Shown here in pieces: positions 21,812 through 31,862 of a DNA stretch of 44,183 nt. Numbering within the stretch: position 1 is the stretch's first letter; every line of letters begins with the position of its first letter. A program made the translations under genes and the position numbers. Source of the stretch: Candidatus Eiseniibacteriota bacterium (GTDB taxonomy: Bacteria; Eisenbacteria; RBG-16-71-46); the NCBI GenBank assembly GCA_031364845.1, contig JANLWX010000049.1:1-44183 (forward strand). Direction: 5' to 3'. A model generated the notes under the pieces. The model made no database searches. It worked only from the letters and a program-made list of their open reading frames with translations, and had not been told where the DNA came from.

Positions 21812-24015
21812 GAAACCTCCTCACCGAGCACAGCGGGCTTCAAGAACCGGGCGGCATCCGCGGCGATCGCCGCCGGATCCTTCATACGTTCGGGCGCCAT
21901 CGCCAGCGCCGCCAGGAACGGACGGCGGTAGCCGGCCACCGCCAGACGCGGATCACACACCACCAGCACTCCGCGATCGTCGGCGCGGCGGATCAGCCGC
22001 CCCACACCCTGCCGGAAACGCAGCACCGCCTCCGGCACCGCGTCGTCGCGGAACGGATCGCGCCCCTGGTCACGCAGGCGTTCGCCCCGCGCTTCGACCC
22101 ACGGCTCGCCCGGAACCGAGAACGGGAGCTTGGCGACGACCAGCACCTCCAGCGCACCCCCCGGAAAGTCGACACCTTCCCACAGGCTTTGGACCCCGAG
22201 CAAGATCGCGCCGCGCGCCGCGCGGAAGCGATCACTCAAGACACTCGCGGTGCCGTCCCAGTCCTGCGCCATCATCACGACATCGGCGGGCATCCGGTGC
22301 AACAGGAGCTGACGCGCGCGCCGCAATCGCTCGTGCGACGTGAAGAGCGCGAGCAGATTGCGCCCGGTCGCGCGATGCAGCTCGGCGACCACGGAGGCGA
22401 CCGCGGTCGCCTCGTCGGTGCCACCGTCGTAGACGTAGGCCTTCATCTGGCGCTCGAGCGCGAACGGCGACGGATGGATCATGCCTTCATACGGCACACC
22501 CCACGACTCGCCGAGCCCGAGCCGGCCGGCGACGAATCCGAGATCTCCGCCGGCCGACAGCGTCGCCGACGTCAGCACCGTCGCCGCACAGCGGTCGAAC
22601 ACCAGCCGGCGCGCATGGGGGCCCGCTTCGATCGGGGCACCGTGCAGCTCCACGCCCCCGCGCCCGCTCGACGAACGCCAGTAAACCCAGTCCTTGCGTG
22701 CGGGATCGCACAATTCCTGAAGGTCCGACACCATCAGGGCCCAGCGCGCGCTCACCTGTTCGAGCTCGGCGGCGAGTTCCTCCGCGGCCGGCCCCGGTGC
22801 CACACCCGTCACCTCGAGCGCGAAGCGATGGAGCGAGCGCGCGTAGGCGTTGCCGTGCTCGAGCACCGCTTCGAGCACCGCGACGTGAGGCCCGAGCAGT
22901 TCGGCCGACGACCGATAGCGCTCGCGCGCGCCGTAGAGTTCGTGGCGCGCCTCGCGCGGCTCGAGCAATTCGAACAGCTCGGCGGCGGCATCGCGCATCT
23001 CGCCGCCGCGCGCGACCAACCCCTCGATGTCCTCGCGGAATCGCGCGCCGCGCTCGCCGTCGCCGTCGCCGCGCGAGAAGAGCGGCAACGCGAACGCCTT
23101 GAGCCGCGCGGCGACTCCGCCGCCGCGCTTCGCGGTGGTGCGGCCGCTGCCGACCAGACGCAACAGTTCCTCGATCCGGTTGAGCGACACGCCGCGCGCG
23201 AGTTGGCCCAGCAGCACACCTTCCAACCGGTGCGCTTCGTCGACGATCAGCGCGTCGAACTCCGGTAGCAGGCCTTCGACATCGCCCGAGATCGCAAGCA
23301 GCGCGTGGTTCACGACCAGCAGCTTCGCCCCCGCGGCCTCGCGGCGCGCCTTCAACCAGAAGCACTCGCGCCCCCGCCGGCACGTCGCCGCGTTGCACGC
23401 ACCGGGATCGGCCGCGACCCGCGCGCGCACGCGCCGGAACGCTTCGGGATCGCGCGTCATGAAGCGATCGAGATCGCCTGAGCCGTCGCGCGCGGCCCAG
23501 ATCCGCAGCGCCTCGATCACCTCGCGCTCTTCGGCTCCTTCGCCCTCTTCCATCTCGAGCGCGTGCGGACACACGTAGTTCTGCTTGCCCTTCAACCGCA
23601 CGCACGGAATCTTGATGCCGAGGCTGTCGAGCACCGCCGGCAGATCGCGTTCGAACAGCTGATCCTGAAGCGAGCGGCTGCAGGTCGCGATCACCACGCG
23701 CGAGCCGGTCTCCTTCGCGTACAGCACCGCCGGCAACAGGTAGGCGAGCGACTTGCCGATGCCGGTCGGAGCTTCGGCGACCATCACGCCACCGCGCTCG
23801 AGCGTGGCGGCGATCTGGCCCGCGAGTTCGCGCTGGCCCGGGCGGTCTTCGTAATCGAGCCCGCCGGCCGCGGCAACCGGCTCCACCGCCACGACCGCGA
23901 CCGGATCCGAGCGGCGCGCGTGGGCCGCGAGCGTCGCGAAGCGCTCCGCGAACCGGCGGCCGAACTCGGCCTCCGGTGCGAGCAGCTCATGGACGCGCTG
24001 GGAAAGAGACTTCAC
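21808..24015 (-). CDS. DinG/YoaA-family ATP-dependent helicase with Fe-S cysteines
   Basis: Q-motif RPGQ, EAPTGIGKS, KGKQNYVC..CNAATC...EC (4 Cys), VVNHALL, DEAH, TSATL, LWEGVD.PG, RQGVGRLIR. GTG 24015 with GGGAG RBS. No exonuclease domain. Confidence 0.92.
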   Translation of the reverse strand: MKSLSQRVHELLAPEAEFGRRFAERFATLAAHARRSDPVAVVAVEPVAAAGGLDYEDRPGQRELAGQIAATLERGGVMVAEAPTGIGKSLAYLLPAVLYAKETGSRVVIATCSRSLQDQLFERDLPAVLDSLGIKIPCVRLKGKQNYVCPHALEMEEGEGAEEREVIEALRIWAARDGSGDLDRFMTRDPEAFRRVRARVAADPGACNAATCRRGRECFWLKARREAAGAKLLVVNHALLAISGDVEGLLPEFDALIVDEAHRLEGVLLGQLARGVSLNRIEELLRLVGSGRTTAKRGGGVAARLKAFALPLFSRGDGDGERGARFREDIEGLVARGGEMRDAAAELFELLEPREARHELYGARERYRSSAELLGPHVAVLEAVLEHGNAYARSLHRFALEVTGVAPGPAAEELAAELEQVSARWALMVSDLQELCDPARKDWVYWRSSSGRGGVELHGAPIEAGPHARRLVFDRCAATVLTSATLSAGGDLGFVAGRLGLGESWGVPYEGMIHPSPFALERQMKAYVYDGGTDEATAVASVVAELHRATGRNLLALFTSHERLRRARQLLLHRMPADVVMMAQDWDGTASVLSDRFRAARGAILLGVQSLWEGVDFPGGALEVLVVAKLPFSVPGEPWVEARGERLRDQGRDPFRDDAVPEAVLRFRQGVGRLIRRADDRGVLVVCDPRLAVAGYRRPFLAALAMAPERMKDPAAIAADAARFLKPAVLGEEVS

Positions 24016-24034
24016 TCGAACTCCCGACGGTGAA

Positions 24035-25735
24035 TTAGAAAGTAGAAACGAGGCGCAGGTGGATCTTGCCGTCGAGCGGCGATCGTCCGGGTTCGAGACC
24101 ATAGTCGATTCCCGCGAGCCCGGCACCGGTCTCGATGCGCAGTCCGAAGCCGGCACCGTCCGCATGGAAGGTATCCCATCGCTCGCCCCCTTCGATGGCG
24201 CGGCGGGTCGCCGCCCACGCATGATCCCAGAACAGGTATACGCGCTGGCGCGGCGTCCCCGCATACCAACGCCATTCCAGGCGCGTGAGTGCCAGGCGAT
24301 CGACGCGGAACGCTTCCTCGTCGTGGCCGCGTAGCGAACTCGCACCGCCGAGCGGGAACCGTTCATAGAGCGGCAGCACGCGTTGTGAGCTGAAGCGGCC
24401 CGCGCCGCGCGCTTCGATCGCGATCCCGCTCGAAGGCGTGACCGGACGGATCCACTCGGCCCACGCCTCGACCGCGCTCGAACGCGCGCTGCGCGATCCG
24501 AACGGGCGCAGCGTCTCGCGCGTGAAGGTCTGCGTGGCGGCGATCCGCACGCGGCCGCCGCGCCGCGGCGCCAAAGCATCGTCGAGCGTCACGCGTTCGA
24601 GTCCGAACACCGTGTTCTCGAGCCGCGCCTGTTGAACCGCCGCGCGATCCTGCACCACGCGTTCCTGCTCGAAGCCCAGCTCGACCCCATCCTCGGCCGA
24701 CAACGTCCAGCGCGCGCGGCCGCCCCAGCGGGTGCGGGTGTAGGTCGAGTCGCGTATTTCCTGATCGAGCGCCGCCGCCAGTGACAACGGCAGTCCCGCG
24801 ACGAGCGGCTCGGTGTAGCGGGCGCCGAGATTGCTCGAACCACCGCCGCGCGCATCCCACCGCAGCGCGATCGCGCGTCCGGTGCCGAGCAGATTCGTGA
24901 GTTCGAGATTCGCGGTCCCGACGGTGCCGGCATCGCCCTGGCTGCCGATCACGCCCTCGAGCCGGTTGTAGCGCAGCTCTTCCACCTTGTAGACGAGCCG
25001 GCCGCGCGTCCAGTCGGCGGCACTCTCGAGGCCCTCGTAACGCACCGACCGGAACAGACCGAGCTGCACCAGCCGCGCGCGCGCCCCCTCGGCGGCCTCG
25101 GGCCGGAACGGGGCGTTGACGAGGCGCCCCATCGAGCGGCGCGCCACATCGGGCCGCGTCGCCTTGAGCCCTTCGATGCGCACGTCCTCGATGATCACGC
25201 GCGGCCCGAGCGTCGCCGAGAGTCCAACGCGCGTGCCGAGCGAGTCGGTGCTCCACTCGGCGAGATCGATCTCGGCATACGCGTAACCCTCCTGAACCAG
25301 GCGATCGACCGCGCGCGCGATCGCACTGCCGATCGCGCGCGGAGACGCCCAGCCGCCGGGGGCCAGATCGAGCGCGGCATCGATGCGCGCCGAATCCGCG
25401 GACGGTGACGCCCGCAGCACGAGGGCCACGAGCCGATGACGCGTGCCCTCTTCGATCGTGACCACGAGCCGCTCCCCGTCCCACCGCCCGCGCGCCCGCG
25501 CGTCGAGATAGCCCAGGCCTTCGAGGCGCGCCTTCATCGCACCGAGCGCCGACGACAGCGCCGACGAATCCCCCGGCGCGCGCAACGCGGGATCGAGCAG
25601 GCCGCGTGCGGCGCGCGCCGTGATCGCGGCGCCGCGGTATTCGAGCGTGACGTCGGCCTGCGCGCGCGCGCCCCATGTGCCCGCAAGAAGCACGAGCGCG
25701 ATCAGGCGGCGGCGCATGTAAGCGTTCGCGCGCAT
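24035..25735 (-). CDS. Omp85 (BamA/TamA-like) outer-membrane protein with POTRA domains
   Basis: Signal peptide; POTRA-like GYLDA..IEEG, GYAYA and IEGLKAT..LGLFRSV; NLLGTGR barrel entry; lid-loop LGGASSLRGH; C-terminal Phe (IHLRLVSTF). ATG overlaps the upstream stop. Confidence 0.85.
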   Translation of the reverse strand: MRANAYMRRRLIALVLLAGTWGARAQADVTLEYRGAAITARAARGLLDPALRAPGDSSALSSALGAMKARLEGLGYLDARARGRWDGERLVVTIEEGTRHRLVALVLRASPSADSARIDAALDLAPGGWASPRAIGSAIARAVDRLVQEGYAYAEIDLAEWSTDSLGTRVGLSATLGPRVIIEDVRIEGLKATRPDVARRSMGRLVNAPFRPEAAEGARARLVQLGLFRSVRYEGLESAADWTRGRLVYKVEELRYNRLEGVIGSQGDAGTVGTANLELTNLLGTGRAIALRWDARGGGSSNLGARYTEPLVAGLPLSLAAALDQEIRDSTYTRTRWGGRARWTLSAEDGVELGFEQERVVQDRAAVQQARLENTVFGLERVTLDDALAPRRGGRVRIAATQTFTRETLRPFGSRSARSSAVEAWAEWIRPVTPSSGIAIEARGAGRFSSQRVLPLYERFPLGGASSLRGHDEEAFRVDRLALTRLEWRWYAGTPRQRVYLFWDHAWAATRRAIEGGERWDTFHADGAGFGLRIETGAGLAGIDYGLEPGRSPLDGKIHLRLVSTF

Positions 25736-28700
25736 CAGAAGAACGCCCTCAACTCGGCGCGGCCCGTCACCTGCGCGCGCCGGTCGGTGCGATCGCGCGC
25801 GGTAATCGAGGTTCCGAACGTGGCACCCTCGTGCACGCGCCAGTCGATGCGCGCGTTGCCTTCCCATCGAAGCGTGGCCAGCGGATCGGCCGTCGGCAGC
25901 AGATCGAGGGGAGCGGGACCGCTCGACAGCGCGCGCCGGAAGCCGGCTTCCAGCCGGCCGCGCGCGCCGAGCGACAGGCCGAGATCGGGACCGACGCGGA
26001 TCAGGCGCGTGAGATCCGCTCCCCCTTCCGGCCGGCTCCACGTGACCTCGGCCGCGCCGGCGACGCGCAAGCGCGGGCCGGGCGTGTAGGCCGCGCGGAA
26101 CGTGCCGCCGCCTTCCTCGATCACGCGGCGGTACGCGTTGTTGCCGGCGAGTTGCTGGCGTGCTTCCTGCCGGCGCGCGCGCAGTTCGAGTTCGAGGCCG
26201 ACTGCCACCGCCGAGCGCGCGCGCCATCGCGCGCTCGCGTTACGGTCGTCGACGAACTGGGCGAAGTTCGTGAACGTGCGGTCGCCGGTCACGCGCCGCT
26301 CGATCCGCACGAACACCGACGCCGCCCGCGCGCCGGGCGCCAGCTCGGCGCTCGCGCGCTGGAGCACGCTGCCGCGCGCGAGCGCCGGATCGTCGCGCAC
26401 CGATCGCGGCGCGATCCACGGATCGCCGGGGCGCAGATCACCGCGGCGGCGCGCGTCGGACTCGAAGTCGAACTCCAGGCGCGATCCGCGCCAGCGTTCC
26501 GACTTGCCGAACGGCAGCGCGAGCCGCGCGCTCGTGGCGGCGCGCGCGATGCGGTCGAACCCCGCGCGCACCGAGACGATGAGATCGTAGTCGCCGGTGC
26601 CGACGAAGTTGCCGAACGCGTCGTACGCTCCGCGGCCGTTGCCGACGAACACCAGCTCGCGCGCGCGCCGCGTCTCGCCCTCGGAAGTGATCTCGATGCC
26701 GCCGAGCGCGCTGGCACCGCTCTTGTGCTCCGCGCGCGCGCGAATGCTCCCGAGATCGCTGCGCGTCGTGACCCCGAGGCCGACCGGCTCGACATCGCGG
26801 CGCTGATACGAGACGGCCACGGCGAGCTTGCGTCCGGCCGGGCTGTCGAGCCCCACCCGAAGCGCGCGACCGTGATTGCGATCTGCGAAACCTCCGGGTG
26901 CGGCATTCGCTTCGCGACGCAGCGACACCGAAGCCGCGGCCCGCCACGGCACGTCGCGACCGGTGGCGAGATCGAACGCCGCCTCGCGAATCCGCGTGGC
27001 GACGCGACCGGTGTCGCTCGGACTCGATCGCTCGTCGGACTCGGCGCGCACGGTGGGCGCCACCCAGCGGCCGCGCAGTCCGAGCTCCGCGCGGGCGCGC
27101 TCGCGGCCGCCGTCGCCAAAGCGAAGCCCATCCTGTTTTCCGCTCGCGCGCTCGTACGCGGCGCGGGTCATCACGAATCCATCGCGCGCCCAGCTCGTCT
27201 CGTTGCGCCACGAACGATAGCCGGAGTCGGTCGTGAGCCGTCCGACCACCGAGCGCAGTTCGCCGCCCGCGCGCGGACGGAAGAATCCCGACAACTCACC
27301 GCGCCGCTGGTGCTCGAGATCCGCTCCCACCGGCAGTCCCCACGATTCCTCGGCGAACGGGCGCTCGAGCGGTGAGAACGGCACGAAGCGCCGCTCCACC
27401 GCGCGCGCATCGAACGCGAACCCCGCGGTGCCCGCGAACGTGCCGCGTGTAGGGAACTCGAGCCCGACGCGCGTGCGCCCGGCGCCGCCCAGATTGTCGC
27501 CGTCGTCACGGCCGGAAAACGTGTTGCGGTCGAAGCGTGTCACGGCGCCTTCGACGTTGGCACTCAGCACGCCGCGGCGGACTTCACCGCCGACCGTCCA
27601 CAACTGGTGCGATTCGGGCAGCGGCAGCGCGCGTCCGATGCGAAAACCGCCGTTGCCGTCTCCGACGTACCGGAACGCCGTGCGGCCATCGATCAGGGTC
27701 GAGTCCGCGTAGTCTCCGAGGCCTGCGCCTGCGCGCGAGAACGAAACCGCGAAATCGCCCGAGTCGGGTCCGGCGAAGGCATACACCAGGCGCCCCGCGA
27801 TCCGCACGCTGTCGTAGTCGCCCCCTCCTCCGATCACGCCGGGTCCGACCGCGAGTGACGCCGAGTCGCCAATCAGCGTGAGCTGCAGGCGGTCCTCCGC
27901 GGACAGCGTGGTCTCCAACGGCCGTCCGCGATCGTCGCCTTCCTGGATCACACGCGTCCAGCCGCGGAACGCACCGCGCTCGAAGCGCCCGCCCATCGCC
28001 GCGAGGTTGCGCCGGAAACGGCTGGAGGCGATCTGATAATCGATCGCGATGCGCGTCTCGGCCGTGATCGGACGGCGATTGGTGAACGTGATGCGCCCGC
28101 GCTCGTAGTCGATCGCGTAGTCGGCGCTCTCGCCGCGAGTCATGCGCGCGCCGTCGAGCGTCACCACGTCGCTGCCCGCCACCACCGGCACGCCGCTTCC
28201 GCCGTCGCGGTCGGTGAGCAGATACGGACCCTGCTGACCTTCGATCCCGATCAACTGCAGCCGGCGGAACTCGCCCTGCTGCGTGGCCGCCGCACCGATC
28301 GCCTGGAAGCGGCCGAAGTTCCACTCGCCGCGCACGCCCTGCAGCCGCCGTTCGAGGCGCCCGAACTCGCCTTCGGTCCACGCGAGCGGCACGTCGCCGA
28401 GTGCCGCACTGCCGCGCGGCGCCTTCAACTCGATCAGCACGCGGTCGAGCGACTGGAGATCCTGCGTGCTGCCACCTGCCGTGAGCGGCGTGTTGCGGTC
28501 GGACAGCACGCCCGTGAGCTCGACGCCGGGGGCGAGCGTTCCGCTCACCGCGAGATCGAGCGACTGACGCAGGAACGCGTCCTGCTGCGAGCCGAAGTCG
28601 ATCGCGAGTGTCTTGTTGCCGCTCAGCGAAAGAGACGTCTGATCAGGCGCTCGCGACGGATCACGCGCGGTCGCCGGACGATAGAGCACGGGTGTCGCGC

Positions 28701-29085
28701 GCGCGGTGTCGGAAGCCGCGGTATCGGCCGCCGCCGCGCGCGGCGCGCGATAAGGAATGCGCTGAACGACGAGCGGCGGCGGATCGAGCAGGAAGCACGC
28801 GACGGCCACGAGCGTGTCGCCGGCCGCCGGCGCGCGCAGCAGCCGCAGCTCGCCGCGCAGCAGATCGATCGCGTAGTCGGTGCCGCGGCGCCATGCGATC
28901 CCGCGCACGCTCACCGAGTCGGTCCCCGCGCGCAGGAATCCGTGGGGAAGCGCATAGATCACCGCGTCGGCGCGCAACACGATCCGGAACTCGCCGCATC
29001 CCGGATCCTCGATCTCCCCTGCCGCGTGCGAGCGCGCGGCGCACAGCGTGAGCGCGGCGAGCGCAACCGCTCCCGCGAGACGCAT
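25735..29085 (-). CDS. Large exported beta-barrel protein with SprA-like motifs (~1,116 aa)
   Basis: Signal peptide MRLAGAVALAALTLCAARSHA. Two copies of a G(T/S)D.V...G....RG..DYAID...G motif. LSGNKT..LRQSLDLAVSGTL. Long amphipathic beta-strand C-terminal half ending LRAFF. Confidence 0.7.
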   Translation of the reverse strand: MRLAGAVALAALTLCAARSHAAGEIEDPGCGEFRIVLRADAVIYALPHGFLRAGTDSVSVRGIAWRRGTDYAIDLLRGELRLLRAPAAGDTLVAVACFLLDPPPLVVQRIPYRAPRAAAADTAASDTARATPVLYRPATARDPSRAPDQTSLSLSGNKTLAIDFGSQQDAFLRQSLDLAVSGTLAPGVELTGVLSDRNTPLTAGGSTQDLQSLDRVLIELKAPRGSAALGDVPLAWTEGEFGRLERRLQGVRGEWNFGRFQAIGAAATQQGEFRRLQLIGIEGQQGPYLLTDRDGGSGVPVVAGSDVVTLDGARMTRGESADYAIDYERGRITFTNRRPITAETRIAIDYQIASSRFRRNLAAMGGRFERGAFRGWTRVIQEGDDRGRPLETTLSAEDRLQLTLIGDSASLAVGPGVIGGGGDYDSVRIAGRLVYAFAGPDSGDFAVSFSRAGAGLGDYADSTLIDGRTAFRYVGDGNGGFRIGRALPLPESHQLWTVGGEVRRGVLSANVEGAVTRFDRNTFSGRDDGDNLGGAGRTRVGLEFPTRGTFAGTAGFAFDARAVERRFVPFSPLERPFAEESWGLPVGADLEHQRRGELSGFFRPRAGGELRSVVGRLTTDSGYRSWRNETSWARDGFVMTRAAYERASGKQDGLRFGDGGRERARAELGLRGRWVAPTVRAESDERSSPSDTGRVATRIREAAFDLATGRDVPWRAAASVSLRREANAAPGGFADRNHGRALRVGLDSPAGRKLAVAVSYQRRDVEPVGLGVTTRSDLGSIRARAEHKSGASALGGIEITSEGETRRARELVFVGNGRGAYDAFGNFVGTGDYDLIVSVRAGFDRIARAATSARLALPFGKSERWRGSRLEFDFESDARRRGDLRPGDPWIAPRSVRDDPALARGSVLQRASAELAPGARAASVFVRIERRVTGDRTFTNFAQFVDDRNASARWRARSAVAVGLELELRARRQEARQQLAGNNAYRRVIEEGGGTFRAAYTPGPRLRVAGAAEVTWSRPEGGADLTRLIRVGPDLGLSLGARGRLEAGFRRALSSGPAPLDLLPTADPLATLRWEGNARIDWRVHEGATFGTSITARDRTDRRAQVTGRAELRAFF

Positions 29086-30137
29086 CACTCCTCCGCGGGA
29101 CGCGCGCGCTCGAACCGGAAGCGGCGCAAGCGGCCGAGGCCGGCTTCGGCGATCAGCAGCGTGCCGTCGGCGGCGAACGCCACCGCGCGCGGGCGGCCGA
29201 GGCCATCGAGCGAAGCGATCAGCGCGCCCTCGCGATCCCACACGCGCACCGTGCCCGCTGCTTCGTCCGCGATCGCGAGGCGCAGCGAGTCATCGGCCGC
29301 CGCGGCCAGCTCGCCACGCGCGGCACCGGAATCGGCGAACGTCCAGGCACCGAGCGACACACCCGAGGCGTCGAGACGCTGCACGCGGAACTTCGCGCGC
29401 TCGACCGTGAACAACGTTCCACGGCGGGTCGCGGCGATCGCGGCGAGTTCGCGGAACGATCCCGGCGCTTCGCCGAAGCCGCCGATCACGCGCGCGAGCC
29501 GCCCCGAGAAATCGAACGCCAGCACCCGGTCGCGCTCGGCGTCGGCGACGTACAGCGCGCCCCCGCGATCGGCCGCAAGCGCGCGGGGTTCGATGCGGCC
29601 GAGCGGATCACGCAAAGCCGGCGCGTCGAAATCGATGAGCGTGCCCTGCAGCCGGTCGTTGAGGTCGTACATCAGAACCCGGCGGTTCTCGGCGTCGAGC
29701 ACTGCCACGCTCAACGTGCCGAGCAGTGCGACCGATCCCGGGCGGCGAAGTTCGCCTTCGGCGCTCCCGAGCGAGCCGGTCTGGCCGAGCTGGACGCCGG
29801 CCTTGTCGAGCCGCAGCACGCGATGCCGCGCGGCGTCGCCCACGTACATGCGTCCGAACGCATCGACCGCGAGTCCCGAAGGTTCGACCAGCTCGCCGCT
29901 CGCCACCCCGTTCGCGATCAACTCGGCGACCGGGACGAGGCGAAACGGCGGCGTTGCAGATGAGTCGGGGCTTACAGAACGCGCGGTCGCGGGCGGTGGC
30001 ACCAGCGAATCCGCGGAGCCCGCATGGATCAGCGAGTCGGCGGGCGTTTCGGCCGCGCGAAGTTCGCGAGCTGGCATCGGAGCGAGCAGCACCGCGACCG
30101 TCGCACACACGATCACGCCGCGCCTGGCCCCTCGCAC
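29085..30137 (-). CDS. Exported NHL-repeat beta-propeller protein
   Basis: Repeated P.GLAVD..G.MYV.D....RV units (EPSGLAVD, EPRALAAD, RPRAVAFA). Probable GTG start at 30137 gives a signal peptide. Confidence 0.82.
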   Translation of the reverse strand: MRGARRGVIVCATVAVLLAPMPARELRAAETPADSLIHAGSADSLVPPPATARSVSPDSSATPPFRLVPVAELIANGVASGELVEPSGLAVDAFGRMYVGDAARHRVLRLDKAGVQLGQTGSLGSAEGELRRPGSVALLGTLSVAVLDAENRRVLMYDLNDRLQGTLIDFDAPALRDPLGRIEPRALAADRGGALYVADAERDRVLAFDFSGRLARVIGGFGEAPGSFRELAAIAATRRGTLFTVERAKFRVQRLDASGVSLGAWTFADSGAARGELAAAADDSLRLAIADEAAGTVRVWDREGALIASLDGLGRPRAVAFAADGTLLIAEAGLGRLRRFRFERARPAEE

Positions 30138-30186
30138 GTCATGCGCGGAACCGGCGGATGCGGGCGTTCGTGGTGCGCGCGCGCCG

Positions 30187-31059
30187 TCAGAAGCGCGCAC
30201 GCACTCCCATGCGGTAGGCGAAGGCATCATCAGAAGGCGCGGGCGCAACCTCGAAGTTCCACGAGCGCGCCGGCACGTCGGCGGTCTTGATGCGCGCCGC
30301 GTGCACCATGCTCAGCAGCCGGTTCACCACCGCGCACGCGAGTGCCGTGTTCGCGCGGATCGATGCGCGCTGCGCGTCCTTGCGCTGGGCGCGATAGCGA
30401 ATCAGGCTCTCGTCGCTGTTCCACGACCACTGATCGGCTGGATCGACCAGGTGGCCGGCAATGTACTCGCGATAGGCGACCGGATCGTCGTAGTAGAGAT
30501 TCGCGGCATCGCGATAGACCACGAGCTGATTGTATTCGTCACTGCTGATGTAGGAGCCGACGATGCGCCGGTACTCCTCGTCGCGGCCGCTCAAATCCAC
30601 GCCCGCGAACAGCTTGGCCGTGGTCTCGGAGGTCTGCTTGCGCAGATGGCTCTGGATGCGAAACGCGGTGAACGAAGTCCACACGCCGACCTCGGCGAGC
30701 GTGAATGCGATCGCGGATTTGCGGTGCCCGGTCGAAGCCTGCGCCCATCCGGGGAGCGTGAGCGAGCGCAGCAGCAATCGTGCGCGCTCGGCCGACAGGC
30801 CGATCGTGGCGCCCGTGGCACCCGAACCCGACGCTGCGTCCGCGGCATCGGCGCGGATGATTCCGAGCGAATGTCCCGCATCCGCGAGATCGGCAGCCGG
30901 CGCATCCGAACTCACAGCAACGTCTGCGGGAACCACGTCGGTCACGGTCACCGTGGCCGCGGGTTCTGCGAGTGCCTCGCCGGCATGGGCGCAATCGATC
31001 ATCGCAGGCCCGATTCCCCAAGCGAGCAGCACCGTAACGAGCAACCGAGCCCAACGCAT
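30187..31059 (-). CDS. Exported membrane protein, DUF5683-like (paralogue A)
   Basis: Signal peptide; SLTLPGWAQ...AIAFTLAEVGVW; VVNRLLSMVHAA; terminal beta-hairpin ending VRARF. ATG overlaps the upstream stop. Confidence 0.65.
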   Translation of the reverse strand: MRWARLLVTVLLAWGIGPAMIDCAHAGEALAEPAATVTVTDVVPADVAVSSDAPAADLADAGHSLGIIRADAADAASGSGATGATIGLSAERARLLLRSLTLPGWAQASTGHRKSAIAFTLAEVGVWTSFTAFRIQSHLRKQTSETTAKLFAGVDLSGRDEEYRRIVGSYISSDEYNQLVVYRDAANLYYDDPVAYREYIAGHLVDPADQWSWNSDESLIRYRAQRKDAQRASIRANTALACAVVNRLLSMVHAARIKTADVPARSWNFEVAPAPSDDAFAYRMGVRARF

Positions 31060-31862
31060 CAGAACCTCCTCACGATCGCGGCCACGAGCTCCGGCCGCCC
31101 GCGGTTCCAGCCCCCGCGCACATCGAGTCCGAGCGACGGACTCAGCTCGAGATTGTGGGACCGCGCCGCGCGCAGGGCATCCACCGCCGCGAGCACATGG
31201 TTCACCCACAGTACGGATTCCGAGAAGCGCGCGCCGTGCAGCCTGCGATCCGAAGTTGCGCGCAGATCCTCGAAGCGCGCGCGTCCCGCTTCTCCCTCGT
31301 CCCAGCCCGCGATCAGGCGCGGATCGGTTGCGATCAGATCGTAGAACGCCTCGGGATCGGCGGCATAGAGGCTCTGCAGTTGCGCGGGGTCCATGTCGGT
31401 CTCGCTCACCCAGCGCGCGAACGACCACGCGCTCACACTATCCGCCGGCGAACCCGCATACGCCGCAGCGTCCTCGCGCACCTGATCGCCGCTGCGGCGC
31501 AGGAAGATCCGCGCGGTCCATCCCACCGCCTCGGCGAGCGCGAACAGCAGGGCGCGCCGGGGCGCGTTCGCGTAGACCTGGCCCGCACCCGGCAGCACCG
31601 CCGACATCAGCATCGCGCCGGGCTCGGAGCGCCAGTTCGTGACTTCCTTCTCGACGTAGACCGAATCTTCGGAAGGCCCCCACTCGCGATCGATCACGCG
31701 CTGGGCGAGGATCAGTTCCGGCTTCTCGTGACCTTCGATGCGCAGCAGCGTGAGCCGTGAGGGCTCGAACCCCGCCGGGAGTGCGGCCCGCGCACTCGCG
31801 GTCGCGACCACCGCCGCGATCGCGGTGGCGCACGCCGACAACAGCCGCAGTCTCAGGTTCAT
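31059..31862 (-). CDS. Exported membrane protein, DUF5683-like (paralogue B)
   Basis: Signal peptide; SAVLPGAGQVY...ALLFALAEAVGW; VNHVLAAVDA; terminal beta-hairpin ending IVRRF. ATGA overlap with the protease stop. Confidence 0.65.
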   Translation of the reverse strand: MNLRLRLLSACATAIAAVVATASARAALPAGFEPSRLTLLRIEGHEKPELILAQRVIDREWGPSEDSVYVEKEVTNWRSEPGAMLMSAVLPGAGQVYANAPRRALLFALAEAVGWTARIFLRRSGDQVREDAAAYAGSPADSVSAWSFARWVSETDMDPAQLQSLYAADPEAFYDLIATDPRLIAGWDEGEAGRARFEDLRATSDRRLHGARFSESVLWVNHVLAAVDALRAARSHNLELSPSLGLDVRGGWNRGRPELVAAIVRRF

